Program-made: the position numbers and the translations under genes
Shown: one piece after another, positions 40,092-51,934 of the stretch
How the letters are laid out: every line of letters begins with the position of its first letter
How positions within the stretch are numbered: the first letter of the stretch is position 1
The notes under the pieces: generated by a model
Told to the model about the DNA's origin: nothing
The model's input: the letters and a program-made list of their open reading frames with translations, nothing else
Database searches by the model: none
NCBI GenBank assembly: GCA_965246715.1
Contig: CBDFFH010000015.1
Coordinates: 352,001-416,000, forward strand
DNA from: Chamaesiphon sp.
Lineage (GTDB): Bacteria; Cyanobacteriota; Cyanobacteriia; Cyanobacteriales; Chamaesiphonaceae
Reading direction: 5' to 3'
Length of the DNA: 64,000 nt

Positions 40092-40330
40092 AGCGGTTGA
40101 AATATGCGATCGACTTGAATATCCCTACTGTACCCAACAAGGCGATCGTTACCGCAAATCTACATGACAGTTTTTAAAGTGCCACAAATTACAACTTAAT
40201 TTGTCGAGTGGATTCAAATAACCCGTAGAATAGATAGACGCTTGCAGCAGTGGGCGAAGTCTCTTTAACTTAGAGAGGATCGCGCGAAGACGTGGAGCGG
40301 TTGCTGGGAACATCGAGATTAAGAGAAATT

Positions 40331-42016
40331 ATGTCAGATAACAAACGCAGTCAAGCTATTACTCAGGGCGTGCAACGCTCCCCCAACCGGGCGATGCTCC
40401 GCGCCGTTGGCTTTGGCGATGATGATTTTACCAAACCGATCGTCGGCTTGGCGAATGGTTATAGCACGATCACGCCCTGTAATATGGGCATAAATAGCCT
40501 TGCCATCCGCGCCGAAGCTGCCTTGAGATCTGCGGGCGCAATGCCGCAGATGTTTGGGACGATTACGATCAGTGATGGGATTTCGATGGGTACCGAGGGG
40601 ATGAAATACTCCTTAGTATCGCGCGAGGTCATTGCTGACTCGATCGAAACTGCCTGCAACGGCCAGAGTATGGATGCCGTTCTGGCGATCGGTGGATGTG
40701 ATAAAAATATGCCAGGGGCGATGATTGCGATCGCGCGGATGAATATTCCCTCGATCTTTGTTTATGGTGGAACGATCAAACCCGGACATCACAATGGCAA
40801 AGATCTAACTGTCGTCAGTTCCTTTGAAGCCGTCGGTCAATTTAGCGCCGGCAAAATTGACGAAGCCGAACTCCTGGCTGTCGAACAAAAAGCTTGCCCT
40901 GGGGCTGGTTCCTGCGGTGGGATGTTTACAGCTAATACCATGTCCTCGGCGATCGAAGCAATGGGGTTGAGCCTGCCCTACTCCTCTACGATGGCCGCCG
41001 AAGACGAAGAAAAAGCCATCAGTGCCGAAAAATCCGCCCACGTCCTAGTTAACGCCATTCGCAATCAGATCTTACCCCAGCAAATTCTGACCCGTAAAGC
41101 CTTTGAAAACGCGATTGCCGTAATTATGGCAGTCGGTGGTTCTACCAATGCCGTCCTGCACCTGCTAGCTATCTCCAGAACGATCGGCGTTCCACTGTCG
41201 ATCGATGATTTTGAAACAATCCGTGGCAAAGTCCCTGTGATCTGCGACCTCAAACCCTCCGGTAAATATGTCGCCACCGACCTTCACACCGCTGGCGGCA
41301 TCCCCCAAGTCATGAAGATCCTCCTCGAGCATGGCTTACTCCACGGCGACGCACTTACTATCAGCGGTCAAACCATCGCCGAAGTCCTAGCCGATATTCC
41401 CAGCACCCCACGCGCCGACCAGGATATCATCCGCCAGTGGGAAAATCCCATGTACGCCCAGGGACACCTCGCCATCCTCAAAGGCAACCTTGCCACCGAA
41501 GGCGCAGTCGCCAAAATTACCGGAGTCAAAAAACCTATAATTACAGGCCCAGCACGCGTCTTTGAATCTGAAGAAGCTTGTCTTGCTGCCATCCTCGCTG
41601 GCAAAATCCACGCTAGCGATATCATCGTCATTCGCTACGAAGGCCCCAAAGGTGGCCCTGGAATGCGCGAAATGCTCGCCCCCACCTCTGCCATCATCGG
41701 GGCTGGATTAGGCGATACCGTCGGCCTCATCACCGACGGCCGCTTTTCTGGCGGTACGTACGGGATGGTCGTTGGCCACGTAGCACCCGAAGCCTATGTC
41801 GGCGGCACGATTGCCCTCGTCATTGAAGGCGACAGTATCACGATCGATGCACCACAGCGTTTGTTACAGTTAAATGTCCCAGATGCTGAATTAGCCAAAC
41901 GTCGAGCCAACTGGCAAGCCCCCGCACCCCGTTATACTACTGGAATCCTGGGTAAATACGCCAAGTTAGTATCTTCTAGCAGTTTGGGCGCTGTTACAGA
42001 TATGGATCTGTTTTAA
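40331..42016 (+). CDS. ilvD: Dihydroxy-acid dehydratase
   Basis: [46 protein letters not shown] at 40331. Confidence 0.96.
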   Translation: MSDNKRSQAITQGVQRSPNRAMLRAVGFGDDDFTKPIVGLANGYSTITPCNMGINSLAIRAEAALRSAGAMPQMFGTITISDGISMGTEGMKYSLVSREVIADSIETACNGQSMDAVLAIGGCDKNMPGAMIAIARMNIPSIFVYGGTIKPGHHNGKDLTVVSSFEAVGQFSAGKIDEAELLAVEQKACPGAGSCGGMFTANTMSSAIEAMGLSLPYSSTMAAEDEEKAISAEKSAHVLVNAIRNQILPQQILTRKAFENAIAVIMAVGGSTNAVLHLLAISRTIGVPLSIDDFETIRGKVPVICDLKPSGKYVATDLHTAGGIPQVMKILLEHGLLHGDALTISGQTIAEVLADIPSTPRADQDIIRQWENPMYAQGHLAILKGNLATEGAVAKITGVKKPIITGPARVFESEEACLAAILAGKIHASDIIVIRYEGPKGGPGMREMLAPTSAIIGAGLGDTVGLITDGRFSGGTYGMVVGHVAPEAYVGGTIALVIEGDSITIDAPQRLLQLNVPDAELAKRRANWQAPAPRYTTGILGKYAKLVSSSSLGAVTDMDLF

Positions 42017-42081
42017 GGTGAGCCTCGAGCTGCAACACCCGATCGACTCAAGTAATATAGCCGACTGACGTTAATTACCTA

Positions 42082-42795
42082 ATGCTCCTAATCACTAGTA
42101 CCGACACAGACGCAGGAAAAACCGTTCTTACCGCAGCACTAGCAGCCTATGGACGCAAATATCATCCCCAGCAAAACTGGGGCATCCTCAAACCAATCCA
42201 ATGTGGTACTGGAGATCGGGAATATTTAGGCCAACTCTTCGATCGCTCCCCCACAGACATCAACCCGATTTATCTACAAGCCCCCTTAGCACCCCCCATC
42301 GCTGCCGACCAAGCCGGAGTACATATCGATCTGGGCATCGCTTGGCGGACATTACAACAAATGCGATCGCAATGTGACATGGTATTAGTTGAAGGAATTG
42401 GCGGCTTAGGTACTCCAATTACCGACGAACTAGTAGTTGCCGATTTAGCCAGGGATTGGCGATTGTCGGCAATATTAGTCGTACCAGTCAAACTCGGATC
42501 GATCGGTGCCGCAGTGGCTAATGTCGCTCTCGCAAAACAATATAATGTAAACCTACGCGGCATTGTCCTCAACTGTTCTAGCGATCTTGCCCCAGCCGAA
42601 ATTGCTAACCTCGCCCCAGCCGAGCTGATTCAATCCTTGACTAGTACTCCCGTCTTGGGCTGTATTCCTTATCTTACCGATTTGCAAGATCTCGATCGAT
42701 TAGCTGCTGCTGCCGCCGACTTAGAATTAGAGATTTTATTACCGCAACTGCCTTTGGGCTTGACGGTTGAAACAGCCACAAGACAGGCGAGTTAA
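42082..42795 (+). CDS. bioD: Dethiobiotin synthetase
   Basis: TDTDAGKT, KPIQCG, PLAP, VEGIGG. Confidence 0.93.
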   Translation: MLLITSTDTDAGKTVLTAALAAYGRKYHPQQNWGILKPIQCGTGDREYLGQLFDRSPTDINPIYLQAPLAPPIAADQAGVHIDLGIAWRTLQQMRSQCDMVLVEGIGGLGTPITDELVVADLARDWRLSAILVVPVKLGSIGAAVANVALAKQYNVNLRGIVLNCSSDLAPAEIANLAPAELIQSLTSTPVLGCIPYLTDLQDLDRLAAAAADLELEILLPQLPLGLTVETATRQAS

Positions 42796-42927
42796 GCAAA
42801 GAGTTTTAGTCCGCATAGACGGACTTATGCGATCTAGGTACTGTTTCAACGACCAGCCATACTAAATCCTGTTAAAATAGGGTACAGAGTAAAAACTCAA
42901 GACATCATCGCCCGTACCGATCGATCC

Positions 42928-43500
42928 ATGCCGACATCCATCCTTGTAGAAAAGAAAAAATTAGCCAAACCGCCCCTAGATATCCATTATCTCGGCGATC
43001 GAGTCTTGCGCCAACCCGCCAAACGGATCGCTAGCGTGGATGACGAAATCCGCCGGACGATCGTAGCGATGCTCCAAACTATGTATAGCGCGGATGGTAT
43101 CGGTCTAGCAGCACCGCAAGTCGGCATTCACAAGCAACTAATCGTGATCGATTGCGAACCAGATGTGCCCGAAACCGCCCCCCTAGTTTTGATTAATCCT
43201 GCCATCAAAAAGTACGGCAAAACCCGCTGTAAAGACCAAGAAGGTTGCTTGAGTATTCCTGGGGTCTATTTAGATGTCGAACGCCCAGAGACGATCGAGG
43301 TGGCATATAAAGACGAATCCGGTCGTCCCCGCACCCTTAAAGCCGACGGCTTACTAGCACGCGCCATCCAACACGAGATGGATCACCTGAGCGGTGTATT
43401 ATTTGTCGATCGAGTTGAAAACGAACTCGCCCTGATGGAGGAACTCAAGAAAAAAGGTTTCTCTCTCCAACACGTCCAAAATATCAAACCAGGAGCATAG
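42928..43500 (+). CDS. def: Peptide deformylase
   Basis: GIGLAAPQ, EGCLS, QHEMDHL. Confidence 0.97.
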   Translation: MPTSILVEKKKLAKPPLDIHYLGDRVLRQPAKRIASVDDEIRRTIVAMLQTMYSADGIGLAAPQVGIHKQLIVIDCEPDVPETAPLVLINPAIKKYGKTRCKDQEGCLSIPGVYLDVERPETIEVAYKDESGRPRTLKADGLLARAIQHEMDHLSGVLFVDRVENELALMEELKKKGFSLQHVQNIKPGA

Positions 43501-43506
43501 CAACTC

Positions 43507-43695
43507 ATGTATACCCCCATCACAGGCGTTTGCTTGCTCGGTGCCTCAATTTCAGCGATCGCCGCTGTTGGCTCGGTATTTGAAATCGCATCGGGTAATC
43601 CAGAGTGGGGGATGCTCACTACTGGCTGCATTTTAGCCGCATCGATTCCGCTGACAGTCGTTCTATTTATAACTGCTGTTAAAAATTCGGCATAG
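43507..43695 (+). CDS. Small two-TM membrane protein
   Basis: 62 aa, AIAAVGSVFE motif, 6 bp after def. Confidence 0.7.
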   Translation: MYTPITGVCLLGASISAIAAVGSVFEIASGNPEWGMLTTGCILAASIPLTVVLFITAVKNSA

Positions 43696-43857
43696 GATGT
43701 AAGCTAGCGATCGCAACCCGCTGATGTTGGTTGAGACGATCGGATGATAATTCTAATTACAACCAACTAAAAATCTGATTTGGCATTAAGACTAAATCTA
43801 TTCCTGTTAGAACTCGTCAATTGACACTTTCCGATAAAGATATTAACGAAATTAGTC

Positions 43858-44970
43858 ATGCTGAGAAAGTCGTTGATGGAGCTAGTCGGAACGAGTATAG
43901 TTATTGCTGTAATTTTGAGCTTAACAATTGTCACAGTTGCTAACGCAAATGCACCGGCACCACCTTGGCTGTGTTGGTTAAAATTTGCCCCCGATGTCAC
44001 CCTGCAAAGTCTTCAACTAACTCAATGCAAAGATCCTAATTGTCAACAGCAGGTTGTGGTTCGACAATACGGTACTTGTAATGGTAAAAATTGTCTGCCC
44101 AATCTCATTACACCCACCACTGATGACTTACAGTTGGGCTGTAACAATAATCTCTGCCTTGTCGCCTTTAAAAGCTATACCCAACAAATCGATCCGAAAC
44201 GGATTCGGCTCGTCGCCCAACTAAAAGAGAGTAATAAGTTCGACCTAGCCCCAGGTAGCGTGCGATCGAGTGATACCATTCCGATCTCCGATCGGAAAGC
44301 AGATCGCCAAACCTTCAACGTTAAAGTTGTAAACAATGCACTAGACATCACCCTCAGTAACAACGACGCAGTCGCACGATGGCAGATATTTCAGGAGCGG
44401 TTGTTTTGGGAAAGTTTACTGCTGACAGTCGCGATCGAACTAACGATCTGGAGTGGATATTTGTGGTGGCAACAAACTAAGTTAATCGAGATCCTCTTAA
44501 CTGATGCGAGCGTATTAACCGTTCATGCTTTCTCATTTCCGATTGTCTGGTATGTATTTCCCAGTTTCCGCGCGTTTGCTAGCAATTTTGAAAGAACTAC
44601 GGCGCTATTGTGGCTGGGATTGTCGATTTGCTACGGCTTCTTGCCGTTTGTGTTGAGATCCCAGCAATTGACCAGAGCTGGTGGGATTTTTGCTGGCTCG
44701 ATCTTCTACTGGTTTGGTGCGTTCATTGTTACGGCGATCTTTGGGTTTTTCAGTGGCTATGGCTACTCTTTCCCATCCGCAACCGGACTGCCGATGCCAT
44801 TCTTAACTCTGGCTTCAGAGCTATTTGTCGTTGGCTATGAGGCATGGATCGTGCATCGAATCAGGCAAGACAGCTTAAGCTTGAAGCTGGCCTTGAAAAT
44901 CAGTTTTGCCGCTAACGCAGTTAGTTGTCTGGTGGGTTTAGCGTTCTTTTTTACAATCTTTAAATATTGA
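43858..44970 (+). CDS. Hypothetical membrane protein with a Cys-rich extracytoplasmic domain
   Basis: N-terminal signal/TM, three Cys pairs, then about 6 TM segments. Confidence 0.7.
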   Translation: MLRKSLMELVGTSIVIAVILSLTIVTVANANAPAPPWLCWLKFAPDVTLQSLQLTQCKDPNCQQQVVVRQYGTCNGKNCLPNLITPTTDDLQLGCNNNLCLVAFKSYTQQIDPKRIRLVAQLKESNKFDLAPGSVRSSDTIPISDRKADRQTFNVKVVNNALDITLSNNDAVARWQIFQERLFWESLLLTVAIELTIWSGYLWWQQTKLIEILLTDASVLTVHAFSFPIVWYVFPSFRAFASNFERTTALLWLGLSICYGFLPFVLRSQQLTRAGGIFAGSIFYWFGAFIVTAIFGFFSGYGYSFPSATGLPMPFLTLASELFVVGYEAWIVHRIRQDSLSLKLALKISFAANAVSCLVGLAFFFTIFKY

Positions 44971-45128
44971 GATCGTTACATTCTGACTAAATTTATCGAT
45001 TTCTGCCACAATTATGCCAGAGGTACTCAGATAATCAGGCGATTTTATAGTGTGGAGTCTACGCAACCGAATCGACTGCTGGATCTGTCCCCGATCTCCC
45101 TCTATCTCTAGATTTATTCTCACGCAAC

Positions 45129-45602
45129 ATGCTAAAAAAAAGCAAAATTAGATCCTCACTGTGCAACAATTTCCTTTTATCCAATCTCACGAATCTGCTC
45201 GGTCGCGCGACAACTTGCCAATCCAAATTCGCCAAAAGTCGAGCTATGCTCGATCGATCGATCGATTACTACAATCGGGGTGTTACTAAATCTCTGGCGG
45301 GGAATAAACGCGCAGCAATCGCCAACTACGATCGGGCGATTGCGAACGACCCCCGATTTGTCGATGCATATATCAATCGGGGCAATGCTAGAGCTACATT
45401 AGGACAGGAGCGCTCGGCACTTGCCGACTACGATCGAGCGATCGATCTCGCGCCAAACGATGCTTATGCCTACTACAATCGCGGCAGCGCCAAATATAAA
45501 TTCGGCCAACAATCGTCAGCAATGGTCGATTTTGAGCGAGCTGGTCAGCTCGACCCTCAATTTACACTTAAAGTCGTTAAAAGTTTGTTACATATCATTT
45601 AG
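45129..45602 (+). CDS. Tetratricopeptide repeat protein
   Basis: Three YxNRG...A..DY.RAI TPR units. Confidence 0.85.
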   Translation: MLKKSKIRSSLCNNFLLSNLTNLLGRATTCQSKFAKSRAMLDRSIDYYNRGVTKSLAGNKRAAIANYDRAIANDPRFVDAYINRGNARATLGQERSALADYDRAIDLAPNDAYAYYNRGSAKYKFGQQSSAMVDFERAGQLDPQFTLKVVKSLLHII

Positions 45603-45706
45603 CCAGGGAGATACTGCATCTTCAACTAGCGCGGTCTTGTGCTTGCTAGTCCCTAAGCCTGATAAAATAAGTTACTGATAGTTCTCTGCACAAATTACAG
45701 ATATTC

Positions 45707-46267
45707 ATGATTTCCAGTAACGACTTTAGACCTGGTGTATCCATTGAGTGGAAGGGAGGCGTATGGAAGATCGTAGAATCTCTCCACGTCAAACCTGGTA
45801 AAGGTTCTGCGTTTGTAAGAACTAAGCTCAAAAACGTTCAAAGTGGTAGTGTCGTGGAAGAAACCTTCCGCGCGGGGGAAACTATGCCTCAAGCCACATT
45901 GGAAAAGAGCAAAATGCAGCACACCTACAAAGATGGCGAGCAATTTGTATTCATGGATATGGAGACTTTTGAAGAATCAACGCTCTCTTCCAACGAAATC
46001 GGTGGCGGTGTAAAATACCTCAAAGAAGGGATGGAAGTCAGTATCGTGCGCTGGGGCGAACAGATCATGGAAGTAGAACTTCCGAATACGGTGGTACTAG
46101 AAGTCACCGATACCGATCCGGGGATGAAAGGCGATACAGCCACAGGTGGAAGCAAACCCGCGATCGTCGAAACTGGCGCTCAAGTGACAGTACCGTTGTT
46201 TATCAGCATCGGTGAGAAAATCAAAATCGATACTCGGACAGACCAATATGTCGGTAGAGAAAGCTAA
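45707..46267 (+). CDS. efp: Elongation factor P
   Basis: [29 protein letters not shown]. Confidence 0.97.
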   Translation: MISSNDFRPGVSIEWKGGVWKIVESLHVKPGKGSAFVRTKLKNVQSGSVVEETFRAGETMPQATLEKSKMQHTYKDGEQFVFMDMETFEESTLSSNEIGGGVKYLKEGMEVSIVRWGEQIMEVELPNTVVLEVTDTDPGMKGDTATGGSKPAIVETGAQVTVPLFISIGEKIKIDTRTDQYVGRES

Positions 46268-46729
46268 CTCTCGATCGTTAGCCCGAGCGAATTTAGCTAC
46301 AGTCGATCTCGGTTTGCAAGCGCCCCTAGCTGCTGGTTACAGTAAATCTGCAACTTTCGCACCATCAATGCTCTCGCATTCGGGGCGCATCGGCCAAACA
46401 CTTTTTAGTTTGGCTGGATGCCCAAATTCGATATTTAAACAATCGGATAATTCGGTTCCGTTAGTGACGGATTCTGCTCGCAACTTTGAAATACGTAATC
46501 TTTCCGGTGAGTTGAGGTTCAGGGTCTCGATCGAGTTTAAGATCCTGATACACGAACCTAATTTAATTCTTATTCATCTTATATTTACTAATAGTTGTTA
46601 TTCTAGCTTCGCTGCTGAGGCAGCATCGCGTTGACACATCCTCTTCAGTGGAGAATTGGAACGAGAACTACTCGCAGTAACTACCTAATAATAAATAACT
46701 AACTAATAATATCGATCTACTAACTGAAT

Positions 46730-47215
46730 ATGACCATAGATTTTAAAGAATTGCGAGAATTGTTAGCAGCGATCGCTGCTAATAATATTACTGAATTGAC
46801 ACTCAAAAATTCTGACTTTGAACTTACCGTGAGTCAGGGACAGCTATTTGTCAACGGTGGAGCGACGATTTCAGCAGTATCGACTGATATTCACTCTGAG
46901 TCGATCTCTGTACCCAAATCAGACCAACTGACGATCGTGGCAGATCGGTCTACACCGCCTACTCCTGATAAAAAGTGGGTCGAAATCAAGTCGCCGATGG
47001 TGGGCACCTTCTATCGCTCGCCAGCCCCCGATGAACCTGCGTTTGCATCGATCGGCGATCGGATTCGATCGGGGCAAACCGTCTGTATCATCGAAGCCAT
47101 GAAGTTGATGAATGAGATCGAAGCTGAGATCGCGGGACAAGTAATGGAAGTACTAGTCGAAAACGGTCAACCGATCGAGTTTGGACAAACTCTGATGTAT
47201 ATCAATCCAGCCTAG
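46730..47215 (+). CDS. accB: Acetyl-CoA carboxylase biotin carboxyl carrier protein
   Basis: SPMVGTFYRSPAP, EAMKLMNEI. Confidence 0.97.
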   Translation: MTIDFKELRELLAAIAANNITELTLKNSDFELTVSQGQLFVNGGATISAVSTDIHSESISVPKSDQLTIVADRSTPPTPDKKWVEIKSPMVGTFYRSPAPDEPAFASIGDRIRSGQTVCIIEAMKLMNEIEAEIAGQVMEVLVENGQPIEFGQTLMYINPA

Positions 47216-47392
47216 CGATCGCGATTTCGAGTCGAGCTAGGGCAAAATTCACACATCATTGTGGTCAAATGTAGCGCTGCAACTTTGTCTGGGAAACAAT
47301 CGCGCTACACAAGTCTAGATCTAACAGCCGACTACTCCCAAATGGGAGATTAGAAAGTAAATTCGAGAGCGAGTATTTAGGAGCGTTGGTTG

Positions 47393-48148
47393 TTATTCGC
47401 CGACACTATCCTTAAACTCTTGCTGGAAGACTTTCCGCGTCAATGGCTGTTTGATTTCTACACCTTCGCCACCCAAAGCTTCTAATGGCTTGCCTTCGAC
47501 ATCGATCCAGACTGGCATGTCCGGATTGCGACTAGTGGCCGTGTAGAGGACTTGGGCGATTCTACCTTGCATGGATGTGCTACCACCACCTTGGGTAAAT
47601 TCCTTAGACAAATCGATATGTAATCCATCTGCCTTAATCGCGCTACTGAGTAATTTAGTCCCCGCCGGAATTGTCGAAGTCTGTTTGCCTTCTTTCCCCG
47701 CAGAGGCTAGCAAAATCGTCAGCGATTCTTTGGCATAGCCTTCCTGAGTTTTGGGTACAGTGCTCGCAATTTTACGTTCTTGGGAAGAAACGCTGGATTT
47801 CTTGTTATCCTTGTCATCGATCCAGAAAACTTTTACTTTGTCTTCTGTCGCTGGTGCGACATTAGCTGGGTTTTGCGCGATCGAGGGAACTGGCGCTGTT
47901 GTCGCTGGCACAGCCTGAGTCGGCGGTTTTGGCGCAGTGACGATCGGGGTGAGAGTAGCAGGGGTAATATTTACCTGCGGCGGCTTGACTGTCGATGTTG
48001 TCGAAGTTATCGTACTAGCTGTATTGGTCTGCGGTCGATCGTGAGTCATCCACCAAGCAACTCCACCGCCAACGAGAGTAGCCATCACCGCGAAGGCCGA
48101 AATGGCGGTAGTGACTACGCTTTTAGATACAGATTTTTGTTCTTCCAT
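47393..48148 (-). CDS. GerMN-domain membrane-anchored protein
   Basis: TM, P/T-rich linker, STIPAGTKLL, DLSKEFTQGGGSTSM, QVLYTAT. Confidence 0.88.
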   Translation of the reverse strand: MEEQKSVSKSVVTTAISAFAVMATLVGGGVAWWMTHDRPQTNTASTITSTTSTVKPPQVNITPATLTPIVTAPKPPTQAVPATTAPVPSIAQNPANVAPATEDKVKVFWIDDKDNKKSSVSSQERKIASTVPKTQEGYAKESLTILLASAGKEGKQTSTIPAGTKLLSSAIKADGLHIDLSKEFTQGGGSTSMQGRIAQVLYTATSRNPDMPVWIDVEGKPLEALGGEGVEIKQPLTRKVFQQEFKDSVGE

Positions 48149-48370
48149 AATTAAAAAAATTCCGATTGATAATTAAACGAGGACAAGACCCGATCTTCAA
48201 GTTGCTCCATTACTAGTTTAGCTGGTAGGACATCAATTCGGTAATAATGCCATGCTAGAGCAGATCGCGGATGGAAGATCGCTGATAATCTCGCTGAATC
48301 TAAGCCTCAATGAATTGGATGTGCGCGCTGCCAACCAGCCTCGATTGTCTCGATCCGGCGGAAAATTTTA

Positions 48371-49189
48371 TTATTGACCTGGTGCTACAGCTTGCTTGGT
48401 TCCATTTACCCGCACGAATGCAGCAACCTCTAATTGCTGAGGATTGACTTTGAACTGGAGAATCCGCGTAGTTAGGCCGCGCTGCTCCAATATATCTACA
48501 TTCAACCGTTCGCCGATTCCAGCCGTTAAGCCAGCCAAGAGAAATGGTGGAACTGGAGTTCCACCAACCGCAGCAGTAGGGTCGGTCAGTTGAAACTTAC
48601 GTCCGCCGATAACGCTAACACCAGTTTCCAAGCTGACAGCGAGAGTTTCGCCAGAATTGGGGTCTTTCAAATCTGTCTTGATTCCCAGTCGATTATTCCC
48701 GAGAAAGCGGATTTGAGGATTGGTGACTTGGTAATCCTTGTTGAGCGAACTAGCCGCACTACCGAGAGTACTAGTAGTCATTTTCTGCAGCCTAGCGACC
48801 ACATCCGGAGACTTTAAGAAATTATTAAGATCTACTTCATTAAACTTAAATTTCACCGCTGCTTGAATTGGCTGTTTGAGGGACGAACTCTGAGGCTGAT
48901 TTCCATCCTCCTGAATCGCTTTGAGATTTACGGAGATCGGATCCGTTTCGACTTCTAAAGTATCGATCCGCAAATCTTTAGTTGGCCAGATCCCCCGTCC
49001 GGCAATTCTGATTTTATCGATCTTACCGTTGATAATTTGATAACTTGGTGCGTTATCGGTTCTAACTTGCAGTTGCTCCGCCCGATCGATCTGAGCGCGA
49101 AAAGCAGTTTCCACGTTTTTGTCTACCACAACCCCAGTCAGAGAGAATAAGGCGGTAATACCGGAGAGGAGGATGGTAATTAATTCCAT
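48371..49189 (-). CDS. DUF2993 (LmeA-like) domain protein
   Basis: N-terminal signal, VRTDNAPSYQIINGKIDKIRIAGRG, DLNNFL. Confidence 0.78.
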   Translation of the reverse strand: MELITILLSGITALFSLTGVVVDKNVETAFRAQIDRAEQLQVRTDNAPSYQIINGKIDKIRIAGRGIWPTKDLRIDTLEVETDPISVNLKAIQEDGNQPQSSSLKQPIQAAVKFKFNEVDLNNFLKSPDVVARLQKMTTSTLGSAASSLNKDYQVTNPQIRFLGNNRLGIKTDLKDPNSGETLAVSLETGVSVIGGRKFQLTDPTAAVGGTPVPPFLLAGLTAGIGERLNVDILEQRGLTTRILQFKVNPQQLEVAAFVRVNGTKQAVAPGQ

Positions 49190-49261
49190 TGTGTGGAAAG
49201 GGTTAGAGGGAGAGGGATAGGGTTGGCGGGAAACGGGGGAGATGGATAGTAGGGTAAGGAG

Positions 49262-51079
49262 TTATTTTTGCGAGCCACTAATTGCCTGCGCGATCCATAT
49301 TTGAATCGTTGCACCAACTGTCTCGACGGGAATATCTGCGGATTGTTTCGTAGCGCGTTGCACTACTTCTACTTTACCATCTTGGAGCGAGCGTCCAGTG
49401 ACGATCCGATATGGAATCCCAATCAGGTCGGCATCCTTAAATTTTACTCCCGCCCGTTCGTCACGATCGTCGAGAATTGTCTCGACCCCCAGCTGATTTA
49501 ATTCAGTGTAGAGCCGTTGAGCGGTCTCCATTTGCAAAGGATCGGAGATATTTGGCACACAGATAATGGCATGATAAGGCGCGATCGATACGGGCCAAAT
49601 GATGCCGTCTTTGTCGTAGGATTGCTCGACAGCAGATTGAGCCAATCGCGATACACCTACGCCATAGCAACCCATAACCAGCGGCTGTTCTTCGCCTTGC
49701 TCATTGGTAAATGTGGCACCCATTGCTTGGGAATATTTGGTACCGAGCTGGAAAATGTGCCCAACTTCAATGCCGCGTGCGGTTTGCAACAGTTGAGTGG
49801 GATCGTGGATAGCTCGATCTCCAACTTTAGCCTTTTGAAGATCGACAACTGTTGTATGAGTGGGAAATTGTTGTTGCCAATTTGCACCGACGACATGCCG
49901 ATCGACCAAATTCGCCCCAGTGATAAAATTTGTCAAACTAGCAGCAGTCTCATCGACCAAGCGCAGAAATTTAGGATGTACGCCCTCACTAGCTTTGATA
50001 TAATCGTCTGCTAAATCGGGGCCGATATAACCTAATGGCAAGGGTTTATCCGCCCATTTTGCGATGGCTACCCCATCCGGTACATCTAGCGCGATGACTG
50101 TTTTTGCCCCATAATTGGGAGCTAATTTGACCAGTTCGTTATTTAATTTAACTTGATTGACATCCCGATCGCCACGAATGCTAATTAAGACTAAAACGGT
50201 CGTGCCATTATCGAAAGTAGCTTGTTGGAGCACGTTTTTGACGATCGCCGTAATGTCGCACTGGAAAAATTTCACCAACTTATTAATCGAAGTCGCCCCT
50301 GGGGTGTCCTTAACTTCATAACTATTAAACGGCGAGGCTACCGCATCAGGAGCCAGCGCTACTGCTTTCTCCACATTGGCGGCATATTTACCATCCTCCG
50401 TGTACATCACATCATCCTCACCCGCATCCGCCAGCACCATAAATTCCTGGGAACCAGAGCCACCAATCGCCCCCGAATCAGCATCGACTGCCCGAAATTT
50501 CAAACCGCATCGAGTCAACATCTTGCTGTAAGCCTGATGCATGTCATCATAGGTAGCCTTGAGACTGTCCACGTCGGCATGGAAAGAATAACCGTCCTTC
50601 ATGATAAATTCGCGTCCGCGCATCAACCCAAACCGAGGGCGAATTTCATCGCGAAATTTACTCTGTATTTGATAGAGGTGTTGGGGCAGTTGGCGATAAG
50701 ATTTAATCAGATCTCTAGCTACTGCTGTAATTACTTCTTCATGAGTTGGGCCGAGCGCTAATTCCCGCTTTTGGCGATCGGTAAAAGCAAACATAATCCC
50801 CTCAGCCTGGGTATAAGTATCCCACCGTCCCGATTGCTGCCAGAGTTCGGCGGGTTGCAGTTGGGGGAGCAAGCATTCTTGTGCGCCTGTCGCATCCATT
50901 TCTTCTTTGACGATCTGACGTACCTTAGTCAAGACGCGCAGCATCAGCGGTAGATAAGCATATAAGCCACTCCCGATCCGCCGGATGTATCCCGCACGTA
51001 GCAGCAGTTTATGGCTGGGGATTTCGGCTTCGGCTGGTTCTTCTCGCAGGGTGACAAATAAGCTTTGAGACAGGCGCAT
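49262..51079 (-). CDS. proS: Proline-tRNA ligase
   Basis: MRLSQ start at 51079, [19 protein letters not shown], editing insertion, [20 protein letters not shown]. Confidence 0.97.
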   Translation of the reverse strand: MRLSQSLFVTLREEPAEAEIPSHKLLLRAGYIRRIGSGLYAYLPLMLRVLTKVRQIVKEEMDATGAQECLLPQLQPAELWQQSGRWDTYTQAEGIMFAFTDRQKRELALGPTHEEVITAVARDLIKSYRQLPQHLYQIQSKFRDEIRPRFGLMRGREFIMKDGYSFHADVDSLKATYDDMHQAYSKMLTRCGLKFRAVDADSGAIGGSGSQEFMVLADAGEDDVMYTEDGKYAANVEKAVALAPDAVASPFNSYEVKDTPGATSINKLVKFFQCDITAIVKNVLQQATFDNGTTVLVLISIRGDRDVNQVKLNNELVKLAPNYGAKTVIALDVPDGVAIAKWADKPLPLGYIGPDLADDYIKASEGVHPKFLRLVDETAASLTNFITGANLVDRHVVGANWQQQFPTHTTVVDLQKAKVGDRAIHDPTQLLQTARGIEVGHIFQLGTKYSQAMGATFTNEQGEEQPLVMGCYGVGVSRLAQSAVEQSYDKDGIIWPVSIAPYHAIICVPNISDPLQMETAQRLYTELNQLGVETILDDRDERAGVKFKDADLIGIPYRIVTGRSLQDGKVEVVQRATKQSADIPVETVGATIQIWIAQAISGSQK

Positions 51080-51476
51080 TGCAATCTTGGGTGAGTTTAC
51101 TCGATCGATATTATCGCAGCATTGCACCCAATCTGGGTAGAGTAAGCGTTAGCAAGGTGAGTATAGCTACAGTTTTCTGACTTTTGCCTTAACTAACGAG
51201 CTAGAGTCTTTAATAGTTGCTCTGCTCGATCGAATTTGCGTTGTTACATCTCTGTCTACCATCACGCAGCCCCATAAAGCAGGTAGAGTTGATGTTTCTG
51301 TGCCCGATGCTTCGCTTCCTGGTAAGATTCCAATGCTCGATCGAATTTTCCCATTTTTGGCAATACAGTACCAAGGGTGATATCTCGATCGATCCTACCG
51401 AGCCTGTGGACTCCCAGTTAGATCGGAGCGCTAACTAGAAAAATTTAAATAATTTACCACCAGCGATCTCGGTTAC

Positions 51477-51511
51477 AAAAAAAGTGACCAGTAGAAGTTA
51501 CTGTCACTTTT
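51477..51511 (-). terminator. Intrinsic terminator downstream of the atpT-like gene
   Basis: AAAAGTGACCAGTA-GAAGT-TACTGTCACTTTT with an A7 run that gives a U-tract on the minus strand. Confidence 0.6.
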
Positions 51512-51569
51512 GGATAAAGGAGCGCGATCGAAAGTTAACTGTAATAATTAATTTGCGATCGCCTTGACA

Positions 51570-51719
51570 CTATTTGTCATGATTTTTTTCTTTATTAACT
51601 TCACCCTCAAAAGGTTGAACGCCAGTGCGGGGATAGGCATCGCGATCGGGTCCAAAAATTCTTGCAGCCGCGTCGGAAAAATAACCGATTAGGTTTTCTA
51701 GCATGGTGGCAATACGCAT
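51570..51719 (-). CDS. atpT: 49-aa small protein, probable AtpTheta (Norf1) ATP synthase inhibitor
   Basis: MRIATMLENLIGYFSDAAARIFGPDRDAYPRTGVQPFEGEVNKEKNHDK; RIFxPxxDxYPxTGVQPFxG motif recognised from memory; below the ORF-track cutoff; TATAAT at 51775-51780 (minus strand). Confidence 0.78.
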   Translation of the reverse strand: MRIATMLENLIGYFSDAAARIFGPDRDAYPRTGVQPFEGEVNKEKNHDK

Positions 51720-51934
51720 ATCTTTAGCCCCTGCATTGATAAGATGTCGGGAGATCTCTCCCTGGATATCTTCAATTATATGTTGTTACCCAGGATAGAC
51801 CGACTAACTGTAATAGATATTTAACTATGCGGCCGATTCGTTATTCATCGTTCGCTGTTGTTGCGCTGCTCGTCTTGATTCTCGGCGGTGCTGAATTTCG
51901 TGGACAAATCATCCCGCAAATCAGCACCGCCCAT

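Noticed and set aside
46212..46634. 140-aa ORF or structured RNA in the efp-accB gap
   Set aside because: The ORF overlaps efp, has no ATG start or recognisable motif, and I found no convincing RNA structure; the ~460-bp gap remains unexplained
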